IMG/VR virus record: IMGVR_UViG_3300027956_000018
Location: 1-42,283 of that record
DNA length: 42,283 bases
From: a virus
Lineage: Duplodnaviria; Caudoviricetes
Reading direction: 5' to 3' (one strand)
How positions within the stretch are numbered: the stretch's first letter is position 1; the number at the start of each line of letters is the position of its first letter. This document shows, in pieces, positions 18,332-27,590 of the stretch. The translations under genes and the position numbers were made by a program. Under the pieces are notes generated by a model. The model was not told where the DNA came from and did not search any database. It was given only the letters and a program-made list of their open reading frames with translations.

Positions 18332-18898
18332 TTAAGGAACGATGTTTTCGATCAGGTCGATAATTGAAGACGCCCGAATGATCGGCGTTACCGCATTTCG
18401 AATAATTGCTTCCTGCTCGACAGTCGGCGCGGACGCCTGGACAAGTTCGATCGAAAAGGAATTCGGCGTCGGCGTGTCATAAAGAATAGTTCCGTCGAAA
18501 GAATAGGTTCCGTCGAACCTGGCGACGCCCGTCGCCTGAATAAGAAGATTGAAGGATCCGGCGCCCCCGGCCGTGTCGCCCTGATCGAACGAATTAAATG
18601 TATATCCCAGGCTTTCCATGATCGCGATAATGGAAGGCGCGTCCCCCTGGCCGACATTGCGTTCCCAGGCGTCGGATATTCGCGCGCGGAAGGTCGCTTC
18701 GCTTTCGCCCGTCAGGCGCGGAAGGTTCCGGTCGCGGCCGATCCGTTCAAGATAAATTCCGTTCGCATAACCGACGAAGGAATTCAGGACAAGGTTTCGA
18801 ACCTGATCCTTGAAAGACAGAAGAAGAACGGCCATCGATCGAACGACGTTCTGGGTTTCGTCAGTTGTAATATTAGGCATAAACGACGTTCCCGACAA
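18332..18898 (-). CDS. Baseplate wedge protein (P2 gpI / Mu gp48-like)
   Basis: ANGIYLERIGRDRNLPRLTGESEATFRARI, and FDG/YD repeats (RFDGTYSFDGTILYD). Confidence 0.7.
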   Translation of the reverse strand: MSGTSFMPNITTDETQNVVRSMAVLLLSFKDQVRNLVLNSFVGYANGIYLERIGRDRNLPRLTGESEATFRARISDAWERNVGQGDAPSIIAIMESLGYTFNSFDQGDTAGGAGSFNLLIQATGVARFDGTYSFDGTILYDTPTPNSFSIELVQASAPTVEQEAIIRNAVTPIIRASSIIDLIENIVP

Positions 18899-19202
18899 AA
18901 TTCATTAATCGAAGGTAGTATTCCGCGACGTCGTCAGGGACGGTCGGATCCAGGACTGGGCCGGGCGTTTCGACCTGGACAAGGTTTCCGCCGGTCGCGG
19001 CGACGTCGTTTCCCAGGATCGTGACTTCGCCCAGGGCGACTTCTTGATCTTCGATCAAGGGGTTCCCCAGGAAATTCATTAAAAGAAGATAATAGTTCGT
19101 TATGTCAATCGAAAGGTTCCCGGTCGGAGAATACCAGACGTCGGTCTGGATCGTCTGATCCTGCCAAATATCCGACCTGATTAAAGTCGAATCCAGGATC
19201 AT
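18873..19202 (-). CDS. Hypothetical tail-region protein
   Basis: Coupled ORF with an internal repeat YYL(L/R)LMNF(L/V)GN. Confidence 0.6.
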   Translation of the reverse strand: MILDSTLIRSDIWQDQTIQTDVWYSPTGNLSIDITNYYLLLMNFLGNPLIEDQEVALGEVTILGNDVAATGGNLVQVETPGPVLDPTVPDDVAEYYLRLMNFVGNVVYA

Positions 19203-21784
19203 AAAACTTCTTCCTTGGAAACCTTTTCGACGCCTTCGACGGAAGTATAGGTCGCTTCAACAGTTTTTTCATTCGCCCCGGTTCCGACTTTATAGGTCTT
19301 CGGGTTTCCGGCCGAAGTCCGCGTCAGGACTTCTTTATTTAGGTTGTCTTCAAGCCCGGCGAACCTGGGCGCGATTGCAGTATCGATCGACTGACAGGCG
19401 TTCGCCCCGATCGCCATGACCGTAACATTGTTATTGACCGCATCCCAGGCGCCGGATCCGTGGGCGGCCGTAAGAACGACATTCGCGTCGTTCGCCAGGC
19501 GGCCATTATTTTGAATAAGATTCGGGATAGTTCCGGCCGTCCCGGTTTCCAGGACGAAGTCGGCGTCGGCGAATCCATAAGCATTATTTACAATCGTAAC
19601 GCCCCGGCCGGGCCGTAACTTGATCGCGTGATAAGTCGAAGCGACCTGAAGGAATGAATTATTTTTGATATTCGTAAAGGCCGAAGTCCTGACTTCAAGA
19701 TCGATCGTGTCCTTAACGAACGAATTGAAAACATTGTTGTCAATGAAAATCTTTCCGAATCCCGATCCGTAATCGGTTCCGATCGCGTGATCGATTGTTC
19801 CGCCCCCGGCCAGGCCGTAGTTATGATGAATCCGACCGCTTGTAATGTCGCGGAAGTTGATAAGAAACTTCGTCCCGGCGTCGCCGACGGGCGGCGTCCC
19901 GATTCCGTAACAACGTGTAATTTCAGAATCTTCGGCCATCCAGACGATCGAATCAAGAAGATTGTTGAAGCTTTTTCCTAACCATACTCCGGTCATTCGG
20001 GCGCCTTCTTTAAGGCGAATGATCGGCGTCGTCTGGCTGACATAGGTTCCGTAAATTTTCGGAAGTTCGCCGTTTTCGTCCGGTTGCGATCCCGGTTCGT
20101 CCTGGGGGACGCCTATTAATTCAAGCTTTGCGGGGACGACGATATTTTCATTATAGGGATTGAAGACATATCCGACAACGATCAACTGTCCGCCTTCGAA
20201 GTCGACAAATTGCGCCGTCCCGCCATTAACGCCCGAAATAGTTTTCTTCGCAGTAAGCCTTGTCTTTCCGTCGTTCGCGTCATTACCGGCGACCGTGTCG
20301 ACCCATATCCGCTTCATAGGAAGCGTCCGCCGAACGATTTCGTCGACCTGATCGTCGACAGTCGCGACGGAATTCAAGATCGAAGTTGTGTCCTGTTTTA
20401 TTTCGATCGCCTTCGCGGAAATACCGTCGACTTTTATCTGAAGATCGTCGACCCCGACCTGGACGGCGTCGACGTCCGCCCCGACGGAAACGAGTGTCGC
20501 TTCTTTCGCGCCCAGGGAAAGGATCGAAGTCGTCGCCTGTTCAATCGAAATGACGTCCGATCCGATCGCGTCGACCTTGTCGTCGACAACTTCGACCGCG
20601 TCGCCGACGGCTTCGACGGCCGCGTCGACAGAAAGGACGGCCGCCCCAACAAGGTTGACCGTCGCTTCTTTCGCGCCGTTCGCCAGGATCGAAACGGTGT
20701 CCTGTCTGATTCCGACCGCGTCCGCCGAAATCCCGTCGACCTTGATATTGATCTGATCGATCGCGGCCCCGACGGTTGAAAGGGTTCCTTCTTTCGCCCC
20801 GACAGCCAGGATTGAAACCGTATCGGCCTTGATTCCGACGGCCAGGACTGAAATTCCGTTTACCGTTGTCTGAATATCGTCGACCCCGACGGCGACTTCG
20901 TCCAGAGTTGCGCCTTCGATAAAACCGTCAATCGAAGACGATCCCGAAACCGTAATTTCGTTATGACCGCCCCCGCCTTTGATTGTAAGGACGCCAGAAA
21001 CGGCCCCGCCGAAAAGATAGCCGAAGCAACCGTAAAGATTTGCGTTTATAACTTCATGATTTAACTGAAGGACGCCCTTCAGGCCGCGAACAGTTAGGGC
21101 CGTGACGTTGTATGAAACATTTCCGTAAATAACGACTGAACCTTCGAAACCGTCGACGATTATATTCGCGTTCCCGGCCCCGCATTGATTGTCAATATAG
21201 AGAAATCCGCGACAACCCCGAATATAGAGATTAACCGGCCCCCCTGAAAGCGTGATCGCCTGGCCGTCGTCGAAGGTTCGATCGGCGAATATCTTATCCG
21301 TCGTTACGGTTTCGGCCTGGACGACGTCGAAAAGAAGATCCGTCTTCGCCTTAATGGAAACCGTGTTTTGCTTTATCAGGATCGCGTCGGCGGAAATACC
21401 GTCGACCTTAATCCCGATCGCGTCGACCTTCGCTTCGACGTCGCCGTAGGTGAACGGAAGTTCGGCGGCCGCGTTCCCGAAGGTAATGAGTTCGACCATT
21501 TGATCGACCCATAATTTCGTCGCCGTCTGATCGACAATCTTCGCCTGAATTTTCTTTCCCGTCATTTCCCCGGCCGACAGGGTTAAGCCCCAGGTCTTCG
21601 AAGTAATGTCGCCGACCTGAAAGGGAAGATTTGCGGCCGCGAAGTTCGTCGTCCCGTCGACGGAAATCTTGACGTCCCCGGCCGCGAACCCGCCGATTAT
21701 GGTCGAAGCGAAATCGGTCGTCCCGAAGGCCGACAGGGGGAAATATATTTCGGTCGCCGTGGCATATTTGCGAAGAAGTTCCAT
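19199..21784 (-). CDS. Large tail fibre/spike with coiled-coil repeats and a beta-helix domain
   Basis: Repeats KVDGISA..I(K/R)QDT.SIL..GAKE(A/G)T; WVDTVAGNDANDG..TAKKTI motif typical of pectin-lyase-like beta-helices; Asn-ladder segments. Confidence 0.7.
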   Translation of the reverse strand: MELLRKYATATEIYFPLSAFGTTDFASTIIGGFAAGDVKISVDGTTNFAAANLPFQVGDITSKTWGLTLSAGEMTGKKIQAKIVDQTATKLWVDQMVELITFGNAAAELPFTYGDVEAKVDAIGIKVDGISADAILIKQNTVSIKAKTDLLFDVVQAETVTTDKIFADRTFDDGQAITLSGGPVNLYIRGCRGFLYIDNQCGAGNANIIVDGFEGSVVIYGNVSYNVTALTVRGLKGVLQLNHEVINANLYGCFGYLFGGAVSGVLTIKGGGGHNEITVSGSSSIDGFIEGATLDEVAVGVDDIQTTVNGISVLAVGIKADTVSILAVGAKEGTLSTVGAAIDQINIKVDGISADAVGIRQDTVSILANGAKEATVNLVGAAVLSVDAAVEAVGDAVEVVDDKVDAIGSDVISIEQATTSILSLGAKEATLVSVGADVDAVQVGVDDLQIKVDGISAKAIEIKQDTTSILNSVATVDDQVDEIVRRTLPMKRIWVDTVAGNDANDGKTRLTAKKTISGVNGGTAQFVDFEGGQLIVVGYVFNPYNENIVVPAKLELIGVPQDEPGSQPDENGELPKIYGTYVSQTTPIIRLKEGARMTGVWLGKSFNNLLDSIVWMAEDSEITRCYGIGTPPVGDAGTKFLINFRDITSGRIHHNYGLAGGGTIDHAIGTDYGSGFGKIFIDNNVFNSFVKDTIDLEVRTSAFTNIKNNSFLQVASTYHAIKLRPGRGVTIVNNAYGFADADFVLETGTAGTIPNLIQNNGRLANDANVVLTAAHGSGAWDAVNNNVTVMAIGANACQSIDTAIAPRFAGLEDNLNKEVLTRTSAGNPKTYKVGTGANEKTVEATYTSVEGVEKVSKEEVL

Positions 21785-21787
21785 TTT

Positions 21788-22195
21788 TTATTTTCCCCCT
21801 TTAGACGTTATGCAAAAATTAAGCGGGATTTCGTTTTCTAAAATAGCTTTCGGTCGATCACATTGGAAGATAAAAGCTTCGCGCGTTTCAACTATGTCGA
21901 CGACTTTCGACGAAAAGCTTTTTCCGTTCCTTTTAAAATAGATAAATTTCCCGGTTTCGTAAATAGGTTTTTCCAGGCCGATCCGTTCGATAATAAAAAA
22001 GGTCTTCTGATTTTTCGAAAGGTAGACCCCAGACTGGCGATCCGCTTTCGGGTTTCCGCCGATCGTCCTGGCGACGACTATTCGAAGGTCTTCAAGGAGA
22101 TCGTCGGGAAGCCTGGAAGGCTTCGGATCTGCCTTCAGGCGTTCCGCGATCGAAGGCGTCAGTTTATGGTTTATCCGGCCGACGTTCGCGACCAT
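21788..22195 (-). CDS. Hypothetical protein
   Basis: Coupled ORF between two beta-helix genes; AT-rich 3' half. Confidence 0.55.
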   Translation of the reverse strand: MVANVGRINHKLTPSIAERLKADPKPSRLPDDLLEDLRIVVARTIGGNPKADRQSGVYLSKNQKTFFIIERIGLEKPIYETGKFIYFKRNGKSFSSKVVDIVETREAFIFQCDRPKAILENEIPLNFCITSKGGK

Positions 22196-23178
22196 TAGCG
22201 ACCCCCCCGCATGATCCCGCGACCGACCCCGCGAAGGATTGCGGCCAGGTCGCCAGAAGGAAGATATTCGAAGGCGCCGATCGTCGGCGTCGTCGTCGAC
22301 CGCGTCCGCCCTGCGATATCGGTCAAAGGAACTTCCGCGTCGGATCCGCTTCCTATTCCGGCGTTGATCAGATCGGATCCGACCTTTACGTCGAAATCGT
22401 TTCCGGCAATATTTTTGAACTGATTCGAAGCGGTCTTATTTATTTTAGAATTCGAATGATATTCGACCGAATCGTCCGAAGAACAGTTGTTCTTCGGATA
22501 AGTTCCCGGTTGCGTTCTTGTATGGTGTGAAATATCTTTGACCGCGCAACCCATGACCGCGCAATTTTTAACCCTTGTCCTTTGATAGTTTCCGAATTCC
22601 AGACCCCCGGCCGAAAGGCTTCCTGAATTGCAATTATAGAAAGTGCAATTCACGAATTTAAAATTCGTTGCATAGTCAAGATAGGCGGCCCCGGCGTTGT
22701 CCAGAAAAAGGCAATTCAGGGCGAAGCCGTAACGTGAATAAGAATGAAGATACCTGTTCGCATTAGTAAGGCCATAAGCGATCACCCGTTCGACATTGTT
22801 GTAAAAAGATCCGCCCAGGTTCGCGTAAAAAATCCTTGTAGTATCGAATTCAAGGTCTTTGATATTGAAGCTTTTTCCGGCCGCGTTAGAATCGGAGAGA
22901 AAGCTATTGTTCGCGGTCGTCGCCTTTATGACGATCCCGGCGCCCTTTACTCCATTATGCTTTTTCGAAGCGTGGGCGCGGAGTTCGAAATATCTTGTCT
23001 GATCCGTGACCCATGAATTCGAAACGGCTATTGTCGCGACAGACAGAAAGCTTTCGTAAAGTTCGGCGATCCTGACTTCGTCCAGGGTAACAAGATCGGC
23101 GACTTCCCCGGCGAACCATAAAGCCGGTGTCGCGTAATCCTTTCCGCTTCCGACGGACTTAATTCTTTCGGTCGCCAT
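22195..23178 (-). CDS. Beta-helix (pectin-lyase-like) virion protein
   Basis: N-terminal VGSGKDYAT, repeated NC(L/T/A)F/V motifs, C-terminal TDIAGRTR..TPTIGAFEY. Confidence 0.7.
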   Translation of the reverse strand: MATERIKSVGSGKDYATPALWFAGEVADLVTLDEVRIAELYESFLSVATIAVSNSWVTDQTRYFELRAHASKKHNGVKGAGIVIKATTANNSFLSDSNAAGKSFNIKDLEFDTTRIFYANLGGSFYNNVERVIAYGLTNANRYLHSYSRYGFALNCLFLDNAGAAYLDYATNFKFVNCTFYNCNSGSLSAGGLEFGNYQRTRVKNCAVMGCAVKDISHHTRTQPGTYPKNNCSSDDSVEYHSNSKINKTASNQFKNIAGNDFDVKVGSDLINAGIGSGSDAEVPLTDIAGRTRSTTTPTIGAFEYLPSGDLAAILRGVGRGIMRGGR

Positions 23179-23179
23179 T

Positions 23180-23542
23180 TCAGGCCGCCTTGTCCGTTAT
23201 GTCGGATAGTGAAATACTGGGGATCAAATACGAATCGGATCCGGCGACGTCATTCAGGACTGAAGCCGGAAACTTTGCTTCGAAATCAAAAAGGAATTGA
23301 GAAGCCTTAATCTGAAGCGGTTCCCCGGCCGGATCGGTCAATGTCTTTGAATAAAGCGGCGTCAAAAGAAAAAGAAGGTCTTCGCGCGATCTGTTTTCGG
23401 CGCGGACGATCAGGAACTTCGGAAGATAGACTTCGCGGCCGACGATCCGTTCGACGTCGACGCCTTCGTCCAGGGCTTCGATAATGTCGCCCCGGTCGCG
23501 GTCTGAAGACGGATCCCCCGCCCAGAGAACAAGAAAGGCCAT
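23180..23542 (-). CDS. Hypothetical protein
   Basis: Coupled ORF upstream of the beta-helix gene. Confidence 0.65.
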   Translation of the reverse strand: MAFLVLWAGDPSSDRDRGDIIEALDEGVDVERIVGREVYLPKFLIVRAENRSREDLLFLLTPLYSKTLTDPAGEPLQIKASQFLFDFEAKFPASVLNDVAGSDSYLIPSISLSDITDKAA

Positions 23543-23850
23543 TAAGATTCCAGGCCTTCGATCTTTCTTCCCATTCCGTTCAAGTCGTTCCTTATGGCTT
23601 GAACGTCGGCTTCTTGCTGATCGCGGTATATTTTACAGATTTCCTTAGTCTGGCCTTCCTTGAAGGTTTCGTCGACCTTCTTGAAACGGTTCGCCAGATC
23701 GGCCTTCATTTCTTCGTTTCCGCGAATGACTTCGGCCGACAGTTCTTCGATCCGCCTTTGCGTTGATCGCTGATTTGAGGTCGCCAGGGCAATGATTATA
23801 ACGACGGCGACATTCGTTATAATTCCTATTATGGCGATCCAGTGTGTCAT
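23542..23850 (-). CDS. N-terminally anchored membrane protein with coiled coil
   Basis: Hydrophobic WIAIIGIITNVAVVIIIALA followed by a heptad-rich helix. Confidence 0.65.
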   Translation of the reverse strand: MTHWIAIIGIITNVAVVIIIALATSNQRSTQRRIEELSAEVIRGNEEMKADLANRFKKVDETFKEGQTKEICKIYRDQQEADVQAIRNDLNGMGRKIEGLES

Positions 23851-23852
23851 GA

Positions 23853-25559
23853 TTAGGCCTTTTCTGTTATTGTGATCGTCCCGATTGAAAAAACCTGATC
23901 GTCGTCAAGATCCGTGTCGCCGTCGTTCGTCCCTGGATCCGGCGTTGTAAAAGTGAAGTCCGCGATCCCGTCTGTATTCGCGGCGATCTTGTTTAGCCTG
24001 GAAAGAAGAAGTTCTTCCCCGACCTTCATTATTTCGACGTCGTCGACGGTTCGTTCGACAAGGAACAGGGCGCGAAGGCGTTTCAAAAGATCCAGTTTTA
24101 CGTCGTCGAAGACGAAGCCTTCGATCACCTTGACTTCGACGGCTATATTGAAGGCGACTTCTTCGACTGAGAAAAGATAGATCATGTCCGTTAAGGGCGC
24201 GCGCGCGCGAATATATTCATGAGCCTGGATCCCGACAAGGGCCGGGATTCCCCCGGCCGTCCCGTCGTCTGTATAAAGCGAATCAAAATTGTCGTTCGGA
24301 TAGACCTTGACCCCGATCGCGTTCGCCAGGTTTCGGCTTCCAGGCGGCCCAGAAAGAACTATCTTGACGTCGGTTTCCAGGTCGCCTTTATAGGCGTTCG
24401 CGTCGTAAACGGCCGGGGAAGAAGACCGGGCGAAGTTAATATAGGCGTCCCGCGTGGATCCGCGCGCCAGTTCTTTCCATCTGTTCGCGATCCTGATCCG
24501 AAGTTCGGCGTCGACTTCTTCGTCCGCCCCTGGGACAAGGTCTTCGCCGTTCGAAACGACTTCGTCGACGCCCGTAAAACCTGAATCAATTTCGAATTCG
24601 ACTTCTTCGCCGTCGCGGCCCAGAAGGACTTCGATATTGTTATAGTCCGCCCCGGTCTGATTCGCTTCGCAAATAATAGAGATTTCAAGATCGGGCTGAA
24701 GCTTGTATTCGTCCCCGACAAGCCAGGACGTTCGCGAACCGCCCGTCATGATCGTTCCCAGGGTTTCTTCTCCGATTGAAGAAATTATTCCCTGGGCGCC
24801 CGAAGTAATATTCCAGATCTTTTGGCCGATCTGAATTGGTTCAAGGCGGAAGTCGTCTTCGGAATTGTCCGTCAGAAGCGCCCCGGCTAAGTCTTCGACG
24901 TCATTGTCCGCCGTTCTGGAAGTGAATTCCCCGGCGATCGAAGAAGGCTTCTGGGTTTTATAGGCGTCGCCGACCGTCCATGAATTCAGGGCGCCCCCGA
25001 TCAGGACGACCTTTAAAACGGTCGCCTGAACTTCGGTTATTTGTCCATAAGATCCGTCGGTTGAATTGAAAAGATATGTCCCGACCGCGACCCCTTCGTC
25101 GATAAAGTTCGCGGTTGTATCGACAAGATCGACGCCCGTCGCTTCGGCCGTCCCGGTTTTGTCGACCATAGATCCGGCGATCGCCCTGAAGCGAAGTTGA
25201 CCCCTTGAAGGAACGACAGGACTTTTCAGGACGTCGCCGACCGGGATCTGAAGGACGCCCGAATCGGAATCCCGCCGACAGATAAAAACTTTGTTCGTCC
25301 TGGAAGCTTCTTCCCTTTCCAGGCCGACGGCCTGGGCGTGGAGATCCAGGAAGGCGCCGGTCGCGGTCGACGGGAAGACCTGATCGATCGACGATTTTAA
25401 AACCTGATAAGCGTCTGAAAGCATTAAAACCAAAACGCGGATCTGAAGATCATAAGCCCCGCCTTCCTTGCGGTTCGTAAGTTGCGAACCGAAGTCGATT
25501 AATTTCTGTTCGAATTCGGCCTTTAGGTCTTCAAATGTTTTGATGATTAATTCATTCAT
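23853..25559 (-). CDS. Baseplate J / Mu gp47-like protein with inserted duplicated domain
   Basis: STATGAFLDLHA..GLER, GADYN, GADEEVDAELRIR, GSTRDAY. Confidence 0.88.
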   Translation of the reverse strand: MNELIIKTFEDLKAEFEQKLIDFGSQLTNRKEGGAYDLQIRVLVLMLSDAYQVLKSSIDQVFPSTATGAFLDLHAQAVGLEREEASRTNKVFICRRDSDSGVLQIPVGDVLKSPVVPSRGQLRFRAIAGSMVDKTGTAEATGVDLVDTTANFIDEGVAVGTYLFNSTDGSYGQITEVQATVLKVVLIGGALNSWTVGDAYKTQKPSSIAGEFTSRTADNDVEDLAGALLTDNSEDDFRLEPIQIGQKIWNITSGAQGIISSIGEETLGTIMTGGSRTSWLVGDEYKLQPDLEISIICEANQTGADYNNIEVLLGRDGEEVEFEIDSGFTGVDEVVSNGEDLVPGADEEVDAELRIRIANRWKELARGSTRDAYINFARSSSPAVYDANAYKGDLETDVKIVLSGPPGSRNLANAIGVKVYPNDNFDSLYTDDGTAGGIPALVGIQAHEYIRARAPLTDMIYLFSVEEVAFNIAVEVKVIEGFVFDDVKLDLLKRLRALFLVERTVDDVEIMKVGEELLLSRLNKIAANTDGIADFTFTTPDPGTNDGDTDLDDDQVFSIGTITITEKA

Positions 25560-25569
25560 GGGATCCGCC

Positions 25570-25950
25570 TTATAGTGTTACGGTCAACGGGAAAATATTT
25601 CCATTAATAAAGAGAGAAGCAAGAAGCGAAACGTCGTCGTTTATCGGATCGGTTTGAACTTCGATTTCAACGTCTTCAATCCGGTCGTCCAGAAGGATCG
25701 CGTTCTTCATTTCAGAGATCAGTTCTTCGACAGACGAATCCGCGATCGCTTCCTTTATTTTCGAAAGGTAATTCCATCCAAAATCATTAAGCCCCATTCT
25801 TTGAACCGTCCCGATCTGGGTTCGAAGCCGGATCGCGGCGTCCTGAATGACGACTTCTTCGTTCTTGATTAGCATAGCGTCGCCGGTCGTTTCGTCGATA
25901 TAGGTTCGACCCGACTTCAGATCGATCTTAACGTCCAGGGTGTCGGCCAT
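25570..25950 (-). CDS. Baseplate wedge / sheath initiator (gp25 / Mu gp46-like)
   Basis: RLRTQIG, FGW, LLDDRIEDVEI; sits between the spike and J genes. Confidence 0.7.
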   Translation of the reverse strand: MADTLDVKIDLKSGRTYIDETTGDAMLIKNEEVVIQDAAIRLRTQIGTVQRMGLNDFGWNYLSKIKEAIADSSVEELISEMKNAILLDDRIEDVEIEVQTDPINDDVSLLASLFINGNIFPLTVTL

Positions 25951-26285
25951 TATTCGACAAGTCCTTTCCCGTCGTTCGATTGTTTCGCGGAAACATTACC
26001 GACGGTCGCCGTGACCGAAAGATTCGTCGGCCCGGGCGCGTGAACCCCGCCCAGGGAATCCGTTCCCGCCCCGTTGCCGGTAACACTATCCGAATCAAGC
26101 GAAGTTTCGACGCCCTTGATTTCGATCTGGGCGACGATATATTCCATGATTTTCTGACAAAGGGTTTTAACCTGGGCGACGGCCGCGTTCCTGGCGGCGA
26201 CCTGGGCGGCCGAAGCCCCGCCAGGCGCGGCCGGAACGATCGCTTCGGCCAGGGTTGAAAGTTGTTCGTCGACGACAAGCGCCAT
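25950..26285 (-). CDS. Hypothetical baseplate-region protein
   Basis: Start re-assigned to MALVVDEQ at 26285, immediately after the spike gene stop. Confidence 0.6.
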   Translation of the reverse strand: MALVVDEQLSTLAEAIVPAAPGGASAAQVAARNAAVAQVKTLCQKIMEYIVAQIEIKGVETSLDSDSVTGNGAGTDSLGGVHAPGPTNLSVTATVGNVSAKQSNDGKGLVE

Positions 26286-26286
26286 T

Positions 26287-26898
26287 TTATAGGATCCCTG
26301 TTTTGAAGTCGGCGTCGACGATCGGCGGAATTGAACCAGAAACGGCGGAAGTCGGCGCCCCCATGTTTCCCAGGTGTGTATGAAGAAGGAACTTCGCGAC
26401 GATCGTTTCAAGATCCGTGTTAAAGTCCTTCGACTTAAAATTAATCTTTTCGCCTTTAATTTGCAAGATAACCCCGGCCGGTGTTTCGATCCTGAATTCG
26501 TCCGCCGTCCCGTCTGGGAACTTCAGGCCTTCGCCAGTCAGGCCGACGATATAGGGGAACGACGGATCCGAATACATGAAACCCAGGCGGACGATCGATC
26601 CGGCCTTCGGAGTGCAATAAACGACGCCCCCATTCCCGAAGGTTCCGACGACAAGAGGAACGTCGATTATTTTGTCGAAGGAAGTGTCGGGCGACATATC
26701 CTTCAGAAGCGGTTGAAGATCGGCCGAAAAAGCCTTCCCCGCGTCGTCGACCGATCCGCCCCTGAAGTTGACCTTGATGATCCTGGCGAACAGGACGCGG
26801 TCGAACTTCCCGAAGGCCGGTTCGATCATGAAAAGCGCCCGGCGGATAACCGCTTCAAGCTTTTTCAACGGAGATAATTGATTTTGATTTGTTTCCAT
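26287..26898 (-). CDS. Baseplate central spike (gpV / Mu gp45-like)
   Basis: OB-fold-like N-terminus (PKAGSIVRLGF..DPSFPYI) and C-terminal HTH tripeptide (HxH metal-binding motif). Confidence 0.75.
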   Translation of the reverse strand: METNQNQLSPLKKLEAVIRRALFMIEPAFGKFDRVLFARIIKVNFRGGSVDDAGKAFSADLQPLLKDMSPDTSFDKIIDVPLVVGTFGNGGVVYCTPKAGSIVRLGFMYSDPSFPYIVGLTGEGLKFPDGTADEFRIETPAGVILQIKGEKINFKSKDFNTDLETIVAKFLLHTHLGNMGAPTSAVSGSIPPIVDADFKTGIL

Positions 26899-27589
26899 CT
26901 ACATAAATCCGGTGTGTGTTTGCAACGTATTTCTGATCAAGGATCGTGAATTCGGAATAGACTTCAAGTTCGGGAATAAAGAAGGTTTCCAGGATCCCGT
27001 TTTCGAAGCGAGTGAAATCTTTTCCGTTGAATTCGACGTCGGTCTTCTTCTTGTTTTGAACCGATGTCTTCAGGACAAGTTTTCCGTCTTTATCAAACCA
27101 AGGCGCGAACCCCAGGCCAAAGAAATGATTCGCCCGAATAATTTCTTCGTTCGCGGATCCCCCGGCGATCAGGTAGGTATGACGGCGAACCGGCGCGACG
27201 TTTCCCAGGGAATAAGAAAGCCCGGTTCCTTCCAGACAGTAGCGAATGACGTCGGCCGCCCCGACTTTATTGAAGCTTTTCTTCAAGGGTTTTGTCTTCA
27301 GTTTTTCGGCGTTCCCCCGAACTTTTAAAATGACGATCGTCGATTCGAAGACTTCATAAACGACGCCTGTAAAAAAGCGGGAAGGTTCGGATCCCAGGGA
27401 AAAATCGGCCGAAAAGAATTGACCCTTCTTGAAGGTGTCGGAGAATCGGCCGTCGGCGTTCGCCAGTCTGACTTCTCCGTATTGCATAAAGGAAGACGAA
27501 GTCGTCAGGTCGATCAGGCGGATCAGGTTCTTCGAAGCGTCGTCTTCGATTTCGGTCGATCCGACCTGAAGAAGCTTTCTGATTTCCAT
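26855..27589 (-). CDS. Baseplate hub (Mu gp44 / P2 gpD-like)
   Basis: FFTGVV motif; position upstream of the spike. Confidence 0.6.
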   Translation of the reverse strand: MEIRKLLQVGSTEIEDDASKNLIRLIDLTTSSSFMQYGEVRLANADGRFSDTFKKGQFFSADFSLGSEPSRFFTGVVYEVFESTIVILKVRGNAEKLKTKPLKKSFNKVGAADVIRYCLEGTGLSYSLGNVAPVRRHTYLIAGGSANEEIIRANHFFGLGFAPWFDKDGKLVLKTSVQNKKKTDVEFNGKDFTRFENGILETFFIPELEVYSEFTILDQKYVANTHRIYVDGNKSKSIISVEKA

Positions 27590-27590
27590 T

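Noticed and set aside
17588-23178. Diversity-generating retroelement or invertible tail-fibre cassette
   Set aside because: No reverse transcriptase, invertase, TR/VR pair or inverted fibre segments were seen.
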